This document shows positions 27,520 to 42,563 of a stretch of 64,000 bases of DNA, piece by piece. The translations under genes and the position numbers were made by a program. The notes under the pieces are model-generated. The model was given only the letters and a program-made list of their open reading frames with translations, made no database searches and was not told the DNA's origin. Source of the stretch: Octopus vulgaris (lineage: Eukaryota); NCBI GenBank assembly GCA_951406725.2, contig OX597814.1, forward strand, positions 209,994,001-210,058,000, given 5' to 3'. How positions within the stretch are numbered: position 1 is the stretch's first letter; each line of letters starts with the position of its first letter.

Positions 27520-28506
27520 CTAGAATAAACAGATAATCTTCCAAACTTCAACAGCCGAAAATTTAGAGTCACTTAGAAAACAATGAAAAATGGAACAAGA
27601 ACAAAAAAAGAATCCCTTACTACTAATATTTTGTGAACAACTCTTTACTGTCAATGACCTCCTGAATTAATAATGTCTTGTAAAATTATTGAGTACTATT
27701 GTTCCAGTCTTCTTTCCATAATTCTCAGGGCTCATCTTGGTTTTTATGATTTCTCCATCACACCCCAATTCCAATAATCTTCCAAATGTTTTCTATATGG
27801 TTATGATCGGGGTTCTGAGGTGGCCAGTCCATGAGATCAACCCCTTCATCACTGAAAAATTATTTGACTCTCTTCACAGTGTGACAAGGAGCGTTGTCCT
27901 CCATGATGATAAGCGGTTGAACTGACGAGGATCGGGGATGTGGGAGGGGATGATATCTAAGAATCTTCTTGTAGATTTCAGTATTGGCAGCCCCTTGTAG
28001 ACGAATAAGTGAACCAGGACGACCAGTAGATATCACGTCCCATACCATTACACTGACTCCTCCATAGTTCACTTTTTTCCTTCACACATGCACGAGATAA
28101 CGTTTCCCCACTTCTTCGTCGTACGTACATCCCACCATCGGAACCAGTCACAATAAACTTCGATTTATCGCTAAAATGGAAGTGTGATTACCGTTCTTCT
28201 GTCTGAATGTTCCAATAATGGAAGATCATAAGAAATAACTGTTAGCCCATAAACAATCTTCTAAACAACAAATACCTGGGTTAGTAGTTCATTTTTGTCT
28301 AAGTGATCCTTAACTTTTGCCAGATGCAATTTGGCAGATTGTTTGTATATTACCTCATAACTTACGAAATATTTATTCCATTCAGCTGAAATTTTCACAA
28401 AGGATAGATATGTGTAATATATCTAGACTCAACGTGTTGTTAATCTTCTACAATAAATATTTCAATACACTTGTTCTTACATACCCTTATATTATGGCCG
28501 TTATTG
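27191..28506 (-). mobile_element. Defective Tc1-family DNA transposon with long TIRs and TA target duplications
   Basis: TA|cagtagtagccataatataagggtc...ttgaaatatttatt is inverted with ...aataaatatttcaa...cccttatattatggccgttattg|TA. Minus-strand transposase remnants: HFSDKSKF, GGVSVMVW, DNAPCH, WPPQNPDHNHIENIW, with stops and frameshifts. Confidence 0.9.
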
Positions 28507-28771
28507 TATATATTTATATATGCTGAAATACACTTTACCAAGATTCGAACGATGCATGCTGCGAGACTTTTCAGAACATATCAACTGTGAATGTGTGTAT
28601 GTATCTGTATATATAGATGTATATTCGTGAGGACAAGACTATGAACGCATAAGTAACAATATAATACATTTTTGTGCGTGGGTGTGTACATACATATATA
28701 TATATATATCAATATATATACAATTATATGATTTTATAATTATGTAATTGTATATGTACGTTTATGTAATC

Positions 28772-28813
<42 letters not shown>

Positions 28814-30059
28814 TATAATATATATATTATGCACACACACACAGGCATATACATATGCGTAATATATATATATGCAAAGGTGAATTCCAATACAACTGCA
28901 TGTCACACTTTTGCAATATGTTATTCCACGTCACTTTATATTATGAAAGAAACAATTCGAGCCTCAATAATGACAACATCAAAACCAACAAAGTGTTGCA
29001 TTTCTACAAAACTCTCTCACTTCTGGAAGAGTGTCATCATTCGAGTGGCGATGATTCTGCGTAAAAATTTATAGCATATTAGAACAACAAATAAATGAAG
29101 CAAATAATTCGAATGTGGTATGCAGAAATGTGTGACAGAGCTAGAGAGCTAGACAGAGAGTGCAAGAGAGAGAGAGAAAGAGAGAGGGAGAGAGAGGGAG
29201 AGAGAGGGAGAGAAATAGTGAGAGATAGAGAGGTATTGTAAGAGAGACAAGGAAAAAGCAGGAGAGACAGAGAGTCTTAGAAAGAAGAGCAAGAAGATAC
29301 TTAAAACGAGGGTGGGATTTAAAATGAAGCACATGAATTAAACAGTGATTATGAATAATGTTCCAATAAATTTAATATGCCTCGTTTGCATCACAAAATA
29401 ATTTTAAAATATAGGGTGCTTGATATAAGTTGTTATGACTCATACGCATGTCATACTTGTGAACGACATACTGGCGTATATTGTACAATATATAATGTGC
29501 ATATATATTGTATATACATCTGAGCGTGTACATATAGAATACCTGAATTACATGTACGTTCACGAGACTCAAATCAAAATATCTCGATGCAGATATGACT
29601 AATGCAATGGACAAAGTGCACAACATTACTAAATTGTGCTGCTGCATTGGCTTAACATCCAAATACATGCAAAAGATCTATACATGCAAGAAAAATAGAC
29701 ATTGGCCCTTGTAGAAGATGACCGAGTCTAAGTTTTATGCGACTCGGTTAAAACGTGTGGTAAAGAATGTGCTCAGTTTAATTAGCCCCTGAAACATGGC
29801 TTTTCTGCAATATTTACATGGACAGATGAAAGCAATAATAAGAGTCGTGTTAGTGACAAACTGGCTGATTTCCATAAAGATGGAAAAAAATAAGGATCAG
29901 CAGATTTCTGAATTAAGATTCACCAAAATTTACCTGTAACACCAGGGAATCGTTCACAATTATTATATTAGATTAAAAGAATGAAGAAAGATTTGACTGT
30001 AAATCACATGAGGAAGTACAGCTATTTACGAAGAATTTATGATTAAAAGTATTTATGTG

Positions 30060-30830
30060 GACACTAAATAAAATATTTCTTGTTGGAATTTAATGAAGAA
30101 ACTGACTTCAAACGTCGGTGTCACTCAAAGGTGGGTTCTTTCACCTCATCCTTTCAAGGAATTTCTAGAATATATGAATATGAAGCCTCTTAGATTTTTA
30201 AAGGATGACATAGATTTCATAGAATATGATTTAAAACTTAGAGATACAATAACCCAACTTTATGCAAATATAAGAGGAGATGGAATTGAAATATGCTATG
30301 AAAACTACAAATGTAATCAAAATGATAGAGTGGAGGAAATTTAAATAACTAGGAAATAATAGAAACGAAAGACTTGAAGTCAAAATGAAGAACAAAATAT
30401 CGAACTGTAAATGTATAAAATCTTCAGTAAAATTAGAACTATGTTGGAAAACTGAAGACTAAAATATCACCGAAAATAGTTTTTGAGATCAGTAATTCTT
30501 TTTAATTGTATTCGATGTTGAGAACCATAGACATTTGAGACTGAAACTTTGAAACATAATTATAGCCTATGAAATGAAGTGTCGTATTCTTCATACAAAA
30601 TACCACATTAACAAAAGTGTTCAGAAAAATGTTTTGGGGAAACAGCGTCTACTATTAACAGGTGGAGAATGAAATATGTTGGTCATAAAACATGACACCC
30701 TGTCCATAGTGAATATAGTCACGCATGGACAATCCACTTCTCTGGATGAAAGTGATATAGACAGAAGGTACAAGGAATAGTTGAACAACATCAAGGAATG
30801 GAGAGGAATGGAGATGGTGGAAAACAAATT
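30060..30830 (+). mobile_element. Highly decayed RTE-type LINE reverse-transcriptase remnant
   Basis: NVGVTQRWVLSPHPFKEFLEYM resembles GVRQGCVLSPxLFNxFLE, and LRFLKDDIDFI resembles LRFADDIDLI. Boundaries approximate. Confidence 0.6.
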
Positions 30831-32576
30831 TAGTTGATGGACTGAAGGGGTGTTCTCTTACTGTGATTTGGCTCTCCTATCAAAATAATTTGACTGATTG
30901 AATTTAAGCCTGTACCGAAAAATGTAAATTAGTTATTTCGTCTTATTCAAGAGTGTTGAATATTAGCTGTTGTGAGGTTATTTGGAAGCCAGATTTCTTG
31001 GCAAGAATTGAACCTAAATACATATATCACGAAGTAATTTTCTGTCAGTAAACTGATCCTGTTTTCCAACACTCTTATTTGTTATGCTAATCAAATCACA
31101 CACTTTAAAAAACGACGTGTGAATGCAAAAAATATGAATAGGAATCTCTTCTCACAATTGGTTACCAATAAATTTTTATGCAGAAAAAAGTTTTAAGCTA
31201 CAGGGAAAATAAAATGAGCGATTAGCATAATGCTATTTCAGTCTTTGATACAAGTATATAATGATTCTCTTTAAAAACAAGTTCACAGACCAAATTACCT
31301 CAGTAAACTGGATATTTACTCATTATTACTCTAAAGAAAGTAAAACGTCAAGTTGCGTTAACAACTCCTTCCTCGCTGTAGCCAATATACTCTCACTGAA
31401 ACAAATACATGCTCATTAGTCTACCAATTTACTACCTATATTTCACTAATAAATACCGCATGAAATATATTGGGAGAAGAGCAATCCTTTAATAGAATAA
31501 ATTTGCATATTTATTCAAATGAAATCTAATTAACTTCCTTGATCAAATCTTTAAGACTGAATCTACAGATCCATTCGCGATATCGTTTACTGATTTTTAC
31601 AGAGCTATAGCGAATATCACTAATTTTACATAGTTCATCAGATAATTGCACAGATAACAAAGTTAATGAATTCTCAGCCTTCTATTTTCTACCACATTAA
31701 AGTTCAAATGAGTCTATTTCGAGACTAATTTCACTTTTATATATGTACAGTTATTATAGCATATTGGAGCTTCTTTTCCTTTTCTTATTTTGTACTTTCT
31801 ATATTTTATGCTAAACGCAAATATGCACTCAATTTGTGCTTAGTCTTCTCCAAGCTAAATATGCCTTGTTACTTGCCCTATACAGACTCATATATGTAAA
31901 TGCATACATAAGCATACATTATATACATATGTGTATGTGTGTATATACATATGTGTGGGTATGTACGTACGTAGCTATATGTATACATACATGCGAACAT
32001 GTATTTGTGCATATGCATGCAATGTGTGAGAAAGAGATGAATAAATCTAGCTCCTTCTTCGAAACATACTAAAACCCAGTTACGTAGCGTCTGCAATAGC
32101 ATGTAGATTATACTGGTGACTTAGTCCCAATTTCAGACACACTTGCAAGAGCCACCGTTATATTCTATTAATAGTCTAGAATATACCATATGATTGACCT
32201 GTATGTTAATGCTGGAAAAAAAATTCTTTAGAAACATTTTGATAAGTATATAATCTTCATTATATGTGACTGCAGTGTGGATGAGTGGATAGCATACGCT
32301 TCCCATTGAGAAGAAAACAAACATCGTCAACTTCACCCAAACATTCGTTTATTATATTGTAGGAGTGACTCTAAGTGAATAGGTCGCAGTCAGTTTTGAG
32401 CGACGAAAATGTTGACACCATATTCCAAATAAATGTTTTAGTAAAGCTGACGAACTTTTGTGTTTCTGTGTGGCTAAGTTATGACGTCCACGTTGCAATA
32501 GTGCCATATATGAATATATATATATATATATATATACATAAGATGGACTCTCCAGTCGTTAGACTACGTATGAGAG

Positions 32577-32861
32577 ATCGACAATTTCTTACCGAACAAC
32601 CACACAGATAATTTGTTCATAGAAATCAAATGTTTGTGTAGATACAAGCTCACCCCCTCCATCAAATCGACATTACCTGTACGGGTGCAACGGGTGCGAC
32701 ATGTCGGATGAGGAAATGATCGCAGAGCAACGTGGACTGAAGGGTTTTGCGCAAGAGCACACGCAAACCCCGATCTGAGAACTGAACCTACGTTTTCAGG
32801 GACATAAAGTCACCATCATCCGCTGTCAAGCGATGGTGGAAGGGACGAACACAGACACAAA

Positions 32862-32916
<55 letters not shown>

Positions 32917-33075
32917 ACACTCACACAGACCCTCCCACACACACACATATTCACTTCGGGATTCTTTCAGTTTTCTTCTACCAAATCCACTCAAAAGGCC
33001 CAAGGCTATAGCAGATGAAACTTGCCCAACTTACCACGGAGTGGGGCAGAACCCGGAGCTCGGAACCACATAGCC
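32577..33075 (-). mobile_element. Two adjacent decayed SINEs: a family D fragment (32577-32790) and a family C copy with internal (CA)n (32790-33075)
   Basis: 32600-32700 is the reverse complement of 35990-36090-type sequence. 32795-32860 matches 49130-49195. Confidence 0.6.
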
Positions 33076-33119
<44 letters not shown>

Positions 33120-34861
33120 TGGATTCATATTTCCTGCGCTTAACTTAGCCGTCCTATCTTATGGGGTCAGTTGTGATCGAATACTGAAATCCCTATAATC
33201 GACTCAGTGTGGTAGTAAAAATGACTATTCATTAACGAGCAAACGCCAAACCACGCACACATACCAAGCATACAATCAGCCATCTAAAGTAGCGGGACGC
33301 ACCATAGATACACGTTGCGATGACGTTGTCAGAGAAACAGAAACAAAAGGAATTCATGGTGAATAAAAACGTTGGGCTACGTCAAGGAGTTAAAATTCAC
33401 AAGAATTAAAGTTAACCTGTAGACAAAAATTTTTGCGATTCCAAATCATATCAGTATTACTGAAATATTATTTGAGCAAAACGAAATGGAAAAAAGGAAA
33501 AAAGACACGGCACAAGTTCAGTTTGTGAATTTTCTTTGGAAAAGCAAGAAGATTTGAAACAGATATATACTAGAATAACGATCTGCTTAGTATATTGCTG
33601 CTTAATTTATCCCTTGTCATGCATATATACTTACTATGTATTGGGTTGTGTGTTTTATATATATACTCAAATTACGATATTTTATTCCTGTCCAATAATT
33701 CATGGTATCAAGTGATAGCTAAACGTTAATTTACGGTTCTGTTTGAAACAAAATTCAAAATAGCTATTTATTTGTTTAGACAGGAAAAAGAAAAAAAAAA
33801 AAAGAATAATTTGATTTAACTTCGTAAGAAATTTCACACTCTGAAAATAAATTGGATTTAGTAAGATAAATATGTATTGTTTTACAACAGGTTTAACCAG
33901 TTCAGTAACTCACACGCGCACACACACATACACACACACACATGCACACAAGCACACACACATGCTTAACAGGAAGTGTGTGGTCTGTGCATGTGGCTTG
34001 CGTGTATTTGCGTATGAATATACGTGCACATGCGTATATATATATATATGTCTGTATATTTTAATATACATATAAATATGCGCATATATTTATATACATA
34101 TGCACATATACGTCTTTATATACGTTATTTACACACACATATACAGGCATGTACGTATATTTAACTTAACAGAAGAGTAAGTAGAAAGAAAAAATAAAGT
34201 TATCTTAACACTTGTTAAAGTATCGATATGATATTTCTTAGAAATATTTTTATTTATATAACTTTCCAGATCTAAAGTGAATATATCCACTAAGATAGTA
34301 TCTTCAGAAAAAAAAAGAGGCAACAAAAATGAAAGTTATTACTTTGAAAAAATTATCTGTGGAAATATAAAGTATATTTGCTCGTGAAGATATATATTTG
34401 AACGTAACTCACAAAAAGTATATTATAAACAGGAAAAAATATGTATTCGAATATAACTTACAAAACTGCAGTGCATCTATTAGTAGGTTATAATTTAGTT
34501 ATCTTTATATCTTAATTGATAATTACTAAATTTAGGTGATCGGAATGATTAAAACAATTTATATTTTAAAAGTCAAATTTAAATGCAAACGGATAGTAGA
34601 GGTGTATATGATAGTATACTGTTAAAATAAATTAAATTGCTTGGACGAAAATTCAAACTTGATTGTCAATATATAATATAATTAAGCAAAATTGCAAAAT
34701 AAGAACGTATTCGCGTTGTCCTGAATCGAATCAGAGTGCATGGGCTAATTGAAGACAGTAGACACTGCATTAAGTTGCATTGTTTTAATGTCTAAAATAA
34801 ATTTGGACATTACAAAAAATTGACGTTAAATGTTGGAGTCATAATACTTTTATTTATATGA

Positions 34862-35330
34862 CTAGCTATTTTGACCCGTGCTTCGCTCGGGTTTTGGTGA
34901 TGGTGTTGTTTTGTGCGTGTTGTTTCCTTTTCCCCTTCTTCAATTGTTCGTCTTCTTTGCCTGGCTCTTTTTATTGCCCTCTTCTTTACCCCCCATTCTT
35001 TCCAAAATCCCCCAAATTTTTCACCCACAATTAAAGATAACCGACTCTAGCCCCTGCAACACAAAAAGCCACCATTATTCAAACAGCGGAAACTGTCTAT
35101 CCCATAAAACTCAATTTTTCCCATATTTCTCACCATGGCAACTAAACGGTAGCCTCGAGCGACTTGCAACCCTCCTCACACCATTGCCCACCACATCCCC
35201 CCCACCCCAGTGTAAATTTTGGCGCCAATCCGACCCCATCTACCACCCCTTAAACCGTTCCCATCCCAAAATGAGACAAATGACCAAGAAATCAAACAAC
35301 TTTTTCGCATTTCAGCTTTATAGATATTGA
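34862..35330 (-). mobile_element. Non-autonomous Helitron
   Basis: Minus strand starts TC(aata)tctataaagctg and ends with the GC hairpin cccgagcgaagcacggg, then tcaaaatag-CTAG|T. No TSD or TIR. Confidence 0.75.
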
Positions 35331-35605
35331 CAACGGGCATCCGGGTATGAAATGTTACGCATTAAAAACTAGGCAGCATTCAAGGAAACATTTCGAAATG
35401 AATTCTTGAAAATGATATCTTGGTTATATACCAGTATCTGTTAAGCATCATGAAGCTTGAAAATCATTCTTTAGTTACTATGTAAATGTTATTCTTCTTT
35501 TTCATGCCTTATATGTGTATGAGTGTGCGTGTGTGTGGTTGCGTGTGTATAAGAGAGCGTGCATGAACGTATTTATACATACACACTCATACACACACAC
35601 ATATA

Positions 35606-36110
35606 TTGTGAGAGTTCTTAGCCTAGTGGTTATGAGGTTGAACTCACGAAAGGTGATTATGCATTTCTTTACTACCCACAAGGGGCTAAACACAGAGAGG
35701 ACATACAAGGACAGACAAACGGATTAAGTCGATTGTATCGACCCCAGTGCGTAACTGGTACTTATTTAATCGACCCCGAAAGGATCAAAGGCAAAGTCGA
35801 CCTCGGCGGAATATGATCTTAGAACGCAGCGGCGGACGAAATACTGCAAAGCATTTCGCCCGGCGTGCTAACGATTCTGCCAGCTCACCGCCGAAAGGGT
35901 GATTATGGTTTCCGTAGTTGGGTCGAGTGGTACATTGAGGTCTGAAGCAAAACAGTTCCTCTCACGCAGCTGTGCGACCAATTAGACACCGTGCAACTGT
36001 TCAGGTAATGTCAATTTGATGGATGGATTGAAATGATGTACAACACAAACATTTGATCACTAGATAAATCATTTGTGCGGAGAGTTTAGTAAGAAAATGC
36101 AGAACAGCTT
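35606..36110 (+). mobile_element. Decayed tRNA-derived SINE (family D) interrupted by a younger SINE
   Basis: A-box-like tagcctagtgg at about 35618. The body resumes after 35907 and matches the inverted fragment near 32600. Confidence 0.6.
35662..35891 (-). mobile_element. Full-length SINE family A with a 15-16 bp target-site duplication
   Basis: Reverse complement of the family A head (ggcggtgagctggcagaatcgttagcacgccgggcgaaatgc). Flanked by cgaaaggtgattatg (35647-35661) and cgaaagggtgattatg (35892-35907). Confidence 0.9.
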
Positions 36111-36269
36111 TCGCACACACACACACACACTAACACACACACACACTAACACACACACACACATCTATATTATGTATGCATATATATATATATATATATA
36201 TATGTGTGTATATATGTATGTATATCTAGGTATATGCACAGATTCATATACACACATACATACACACAC

Positions 36270-36314
<45 letters not shown>

Positions 36315-36322
36315 TGGGTATG

Positions 36323-36397
<75 letters not shown>

Positions 36398-36404
36398 AGG
36401 TATG

Positions 36405-36460
<56 letters not shown>

Positions 36461-36519
36461 TAAACTATGTATGTATGTATGAAATATATATATATGTATG
36501 TATACATGTGTGGGAATTG

Positions 36520-36561
<42 letters not shown>

Positions 36562-37065
36562 TATATATGTATGTATGCATGCATGTATGTATGAGATTGT
36601 TTCCCAATGTGATGCATTATATATAAGAATAAACCATTAGAAAATCAGAAACCTTGCAGTAGTTCGAAGATATTTTAATCCTGTGGCTACTAGATGAAAA
36701 CGTATATAGAAATAACCATACAGCTGCCAAATTTTACGAATATACATGAATAATTACCTGTGTTGTCAGTGAATGATTGGGAACTTCCGATGTATGTACT
36801 GAGATTAATTCATATGTTATTCTGTGTCCTAAAACTGATTCATACGTTACTCTTATAAGATATAGTTTTAATTGGCACTTTGTAGCTAGATTAGGAAAAT
36901 ATTTGCCTCCAACTTCAGTGCAATGTCATCAATCTTTGAGTGGGGTAGTTGGTCAAATCGAACCGAAAGCTTGACTGGTAGTTTATATGACTGGCATTTA
37001 GAAGGATAAAGTGAAACTGACCTCGGTGGGATTCTGTCAATCTATCGACCTGGTTCGACGAAATA

Positions 37066-37461
37066 TCTTTATATATAAAAGTCAAGTTGTGTGTCTGTCT
37101 CCTACGATTTAGATTCCTAACTACTCCCACATTTTGTGGTGCAGTTTAACCAAAACCAGTTATCTTATATTCGTGATTCATATCGAGCCCTTCTGGGTAT
37201 TAGCGCGCGTCTACGATGAGTCTACGATTTAAAAAAAAATTACCATCATTTTTTTCCATTTTAATGCATTTTTTCGCTATTATATAAGGGACGTAACTCT
37301 CTAAAAATATCTACGATGAGTCAACGATTTAAAAAACATTTACCATAATTTTTTTCCAATTTTTAATGCATTTGTTTGCTATTTTTTGGCTATAACTCTC
37401 TAAAAATGCTTATATAGTTATTTCCCTTACAAACGCGAGCAACGCCGGGCGATACTGCTAG
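37066..37461 (+). mobile_element. Non-autonomous Helitron with an internal tandem duplication of about 100 bp
   Basis: A|TCtttatatataaaag start, then a GC-rich subterminal cgcgagcaacgccgggcg and CTAG|T end. The segment tctacgatgagtc.acgatttaaaaaa...taactctctaaaaat occurs twice. Confidence 0.8.
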
Positions 37462-37747
37462 TTACAGATAAATGACACAACTACCATTCTAATTCACAGA
37501 AATAGTGAGCGTGTTCTTTAATATACACAAGGGCACATGTACATGTAATCTTAATTTAATATCTCTAAAGTATTGGGTATTTTGAGTGTTTATAGCTAAG
37601 AACCTATCGTTATTTACTTTAGTCCCTTTATGTCAAAATTCCAGTTCTGTCCATGTCAAACTAACCGTTTCTTTTTGTTTGGGCCTAAAGTGAATGTACA
37701 TCAAACGTTTCCGTAATTTAACTCCTTATACACCATTATAACTATCT

Positions 37748-38131
37748 GGTGGAGGCGCAATGGCCCATTGATTAGGGCAGCGGACTCGCGATCGTAGGAT
37801 CGCGGTTTCGATTCCCAGACCGGGCGTTGTGAGTGTTTATTGAGCGAAAACACCTAAAGCTCCACGAGACTCCGGCAGGGGATGGTGGTGATCCCTGCTG
37901 TACTCTTTCACCACAACTTTCTCTCACTCTTACTTCCTGTTTCTTTTGTACCTGTATTTCAAAGGGCCGGCCTTGTCACTCTCTGTGTCACGCTGAATAT
38001 CCCCGAGAACTACGTTAAGGGTACACGTGTCTGTGGAGTGCTCAGCCACTTACACGTTAATTTCACGAGCAGGTTGTTCCGTTGGTCGGATCAGCCGGAA
38101 CCCTTATCGTCGTAACCGACGGAGTGCTTCC
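37748..38131 (+). mobile_element. tRNA-derived SINE, family E, near full length
   Basis: A box tggcccattga and B box ggtttcgattcc. actatct is present on both flanks (possible TSD remnant). Its 3' part also occurs inverted at about 41885-41980. Confidence 0.85.
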
Positions 38132-38626
38132 ATATCACTATCTATATAACGTATTTGTTTCGAATTCAATTATCGATAATTTGATGTTTTCTTTAACCTT
38201 TATGGTTTAGAAGCTAACATTATTTTGCAACATTTCGGGTGATTTGTGTCTAATCTGATTTTTTATAAGGGTTCAGGGAGGGTGCACTTGTATTTTTTAC
38301 AAATTAAAATAAGATATGACTCGACAAAAGATAGAATGTAATTCAGATTATTAACGAAAAATGTGAAAATATGGTAACTTTACAAAAATATTTTCCTTTG
38401 AATGAATAGAATAGAAATGAAATCCTTTTTCCTTTTGAAATTAAAATTAATTAGTCTTTGATAAACTGATATAGCTAAACAATTTACAATTTCAGCCGTT
38501 GATATTATCATGGAAACAAATATAAAATTTATGATATTATGTATTATGAATCACCAAGTGGCTAACATTTAACGCTCTGCTATGTGGGAAATATATTTTA
38601 TAAACCCCCCACACCCCACCCCACAC

Positions 38627-39041
<415 letters not shown>

Positions 39042-39070
39042 AATATATATACACACATATATATGTATGT

Positions 39071-39110
<40 letters not shown>

Positions 39111-41555
39111 AGAGAGTATCTCTGTCAACCTGGAGCGGAAAATATCCTGCTGGTCACGATAGAAAATAACAATTTACTCGACTCCTAAGTAAGAGTTTTG
39201 CGTTTTATAGACAATTGCGATACTGGAGTATTTCGCTTGGATTTGAATAGTGTGTAAATTTTGAGTATTTCCAGAAGTCTTCTCAGAAATAATGAACCTT
39301 TATAGCTGCTAAAAGATAAAAATAATCCGTACCTTTTTAATGGTTGCTTTAAACTTCGGTGCTTTTCATTTAAATATAATGTACATCTTCGTTGGAAATT
39401 AATCTGTATTGATATGATCTTTTCACGATATTCCAAATCGTGGAATCATTTTTATATCAACTATCATTTTAATTTCCTGCCTATTCAATGCAAAGATTTA
39501 TAATCAACATTATCTCTATAATTCTTTCCACCAGCCTGAATGTAAAACTAGATAAAGAATCTAGCCACCGAAAATAACATAAATGTAAGCGCAAAATAAT
39601 TAAATAATTAACCAACCTAACTAAATAAGACCGTGTGCACCGCCTCGCTAGGCGTTCATAGTACATTTTGTTTCATGGTCAAAAAGCCAATCTCCTAACC
39701 ATTAACTACATCTCCAAAATGAATTGGGTTTAGTTAGCAAGCGTATAATCGACTTGGTTTGTAGTATGGTTATAAAGGCTACATCATGAACATGGTAATG
39801 CAGATTTTCTGCTATTTAATGATTCAGTAGTGTAGAAACCCAAGCGCAGGATATTCAATGTATGCAGTATAAGGATATGTACGCGTAATATCTAAAGCTC
39901 TCCTCACTGCTCTGGAATCTAGAAAATTATCTAAGATTTGCAGTGACCTTTAATCCAATATTGACATCAATATTAAAATGAATACTATTAATTTGGCTTC
40001 ATATTAGAATGTCCTCTATTCATTCATAAACGAGAATGAAATACTTTTCAACACTTACATCATAAGCTAAAATGGTGCGAATTACGGAAGCTAAAGTAGT
40101 GCGCGAAAGTGCACTTCCCTCGTCTAGCGAAGCACCACTGTATAAAGCTGCACTGTATAAAGACGGTTGTTGAGTAATTTTCTACAATGTTGATAGTTAT
40201 ACTATAGAGAGATTCAAAAACAACCAAACAAGGATATTTAAAAATATCAGCAAATACACACACACTGGCGCACACGCACAATTCTTTTTAAGAAAATATA
40301 TTACATCAAAGCCAGAAGGAAACCAGTTCTTTAGAGTCAGCCAAGCATAAGCATATACGCCTCAGTTAAGAATTTCATCGGAGTTAGAAGGATATTCAGC
40401 TACTGTGTACCAGGATCTTTAGGAGAGTGGAGTATAATTTCTTTACTTGATGTGTGTGAAGGTAAATTTTTTGTATGAGGATCTTAGATCGAATGTTTTA
40501 TTGTAAAGTAAAGAGAGTTTAGAATATGGTTTGGGCCTTTTATGTTAAAAACGAGCAGTTTAATTGTACTGTTTAACTTTCACTTGGGTGTCATTTGCTG
40601 GAAAAGTGACAAATTATCTGGGTAGTAGACAAGTACTCTAGTTACGATTGAGCTTCGTGGTTGTAGGACTAATACTCATTTTAACTGGCAGGCAGCATAC
40701 TTGTGTGTTTACATATCTCTTTAAAACCTGCCAGTAAGTATTTAGAGTAATAGGCATTTTTGGCCGAGCCTTAATAATATCAATTCTGTGGTTGGAAGAT
40801 TTCCAGTCAGTATGTGAATATGAGTGGAATAGCAATTTCAGGTTGTGCAGTTGTAATGTTTTTAGCAGATACAATGTAACTAGTGTAGATGTCAATGTGA
40901 TTGTGGTAATAAAGGTCAGTGGTTAACTTCAAATCAAAAGAACTTGCTTCGGTGATATTCCTTATACTGGATGATTTCATTATTGTGGTATTCATTAAAC
41001 ATATTTTATAGGTGTCTCGGTGAAGTGTCGAGAAGAAATCAATTCTAAAAATTTATGTCTGAACCCTTAATGTACTCCTGTAGCAACAAATGAATGGGGT
41101 GCAAGGATATCTCTTTTCAGAAATCGTGTATTCGTTAGAAAATTTACATTAAAGAAGTAGTTTTCTTGTCTATTTTCTTATTACATCTGTTTGCACGCCT
41201 GTAATTACATGCCCAATTTTTAGTATTTCATTTGTATTTTTTTCATATTACGTTAACTATGTGCGTTAACTGTAGCCTTGTCTATTTTACTTCAGTCCAA
41301 AATATGTTTATTAACCTTTTGACACTTTCTAATTCATTCTACCAGTTAAAAACAAAGCAACTATTTTTTTTGTTTTATTTATGTAAGAATGAAAACTTTA
41401 ATAATTGCCTAACATAATCTTCCGTATATTGTTGTACACTTAACTTTCTGATCTGCTACACCGTAACTAAACTGCCCTGGGTATTTTCAACTCTATTCTA
41501 TATTGTCTAAGCCTTTTGCTGGTAGATTTTTCTGTCAACACACTGGCATTCTTTA

Positions 41556-41770
41556 AGGTGGCGAGCTGGCAGAATCGTTAGCACGCCGGGCAAATTGCTT
41601 AGCGGCATTTCGTCATCCATCGTTTCAACTTGGGTTCAAATTCCGCCGAGGTTGACTTTACCTTTCCTTATTTCGGAGTCGATAAAATAAGTACCAGTGG
41701 AGCACTGGAGGCGATGTAATAAATTTAACCCCTACCGGTAATTGCAAACCGTATGCGAAAATTTTAAATC
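41556..41770 (+). mobile_element. SINE family A
   Basis: ggtggcgagctggcagaatcgttagcacgccgggc...ggttcaaattccgccgaggttgactttacctttcc...gtcgataaaataagtaccag. Confidence 0.87.
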
Positions 41771-42065
41771 AGTATACTGAAATTCTGAAACTAGTAATCT
41801 TTATATAAAACTTAAGCTGCGACACTGCCATAAACACATAAACAGCCGAGGGACACACAGAGACATATATAACTAACATTCCTTTGGTTATGATCACGTG
41901 GGATCCAGTTGATCTGATCAGCGGAAGGGCCTGCTCGTAAAAATGAACGTGCAAGTGACTGAGCATAGTACAAACGCCCCGCCAGGAAACGAACTCAGGA
42001 TCGTGAGTCGAATATGCTAACCATGAGCCTTCCCCCACACACACACATTTAGACAAACAGATATA

Positions 42066-42284
<219 letters not shown>

Positions 42285-42294
<10 letters not shown>

Positions 42295-42322
42295 GAAGAG
42301 CGTAGGCTCGAAACGTAAAAGA
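42285..42322 (+). ncRNA. Minimal type-I hammerhead ribozyme-like motif (A6U core variant)
   Basis: UCUUU-CUGUCGA-A-GAGC guag GCUC-GAAAC-GUA-AAAGA. Perfect stems I and II, GUA triplet, palindromic ACGU stem III. Confidence 0.7.
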
Positions 42323-42417
42323 CTTTTTCTATTCATGAGCGCTATACTAATACATTTGTTTGTACGCCACCTGCCTTCGTCTTTTGTTTATTTTCGTAAA
42401 CTTTCTCTTTATATACG

Positions 42418-42468
<51 letters not shown>

Positions 42469-42501
42469 TTTCTCTCTTTATGTATATATATGTATGTATA
42501 G

Positions 42502-42563
<62 letters not shown>

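Noticed and set aside
40380-41300. Non-repetitive block with short minus ORFs, a possible old LINE
   Set aside because: No diagnostic RT or endonuclease motif recognisable by eye.
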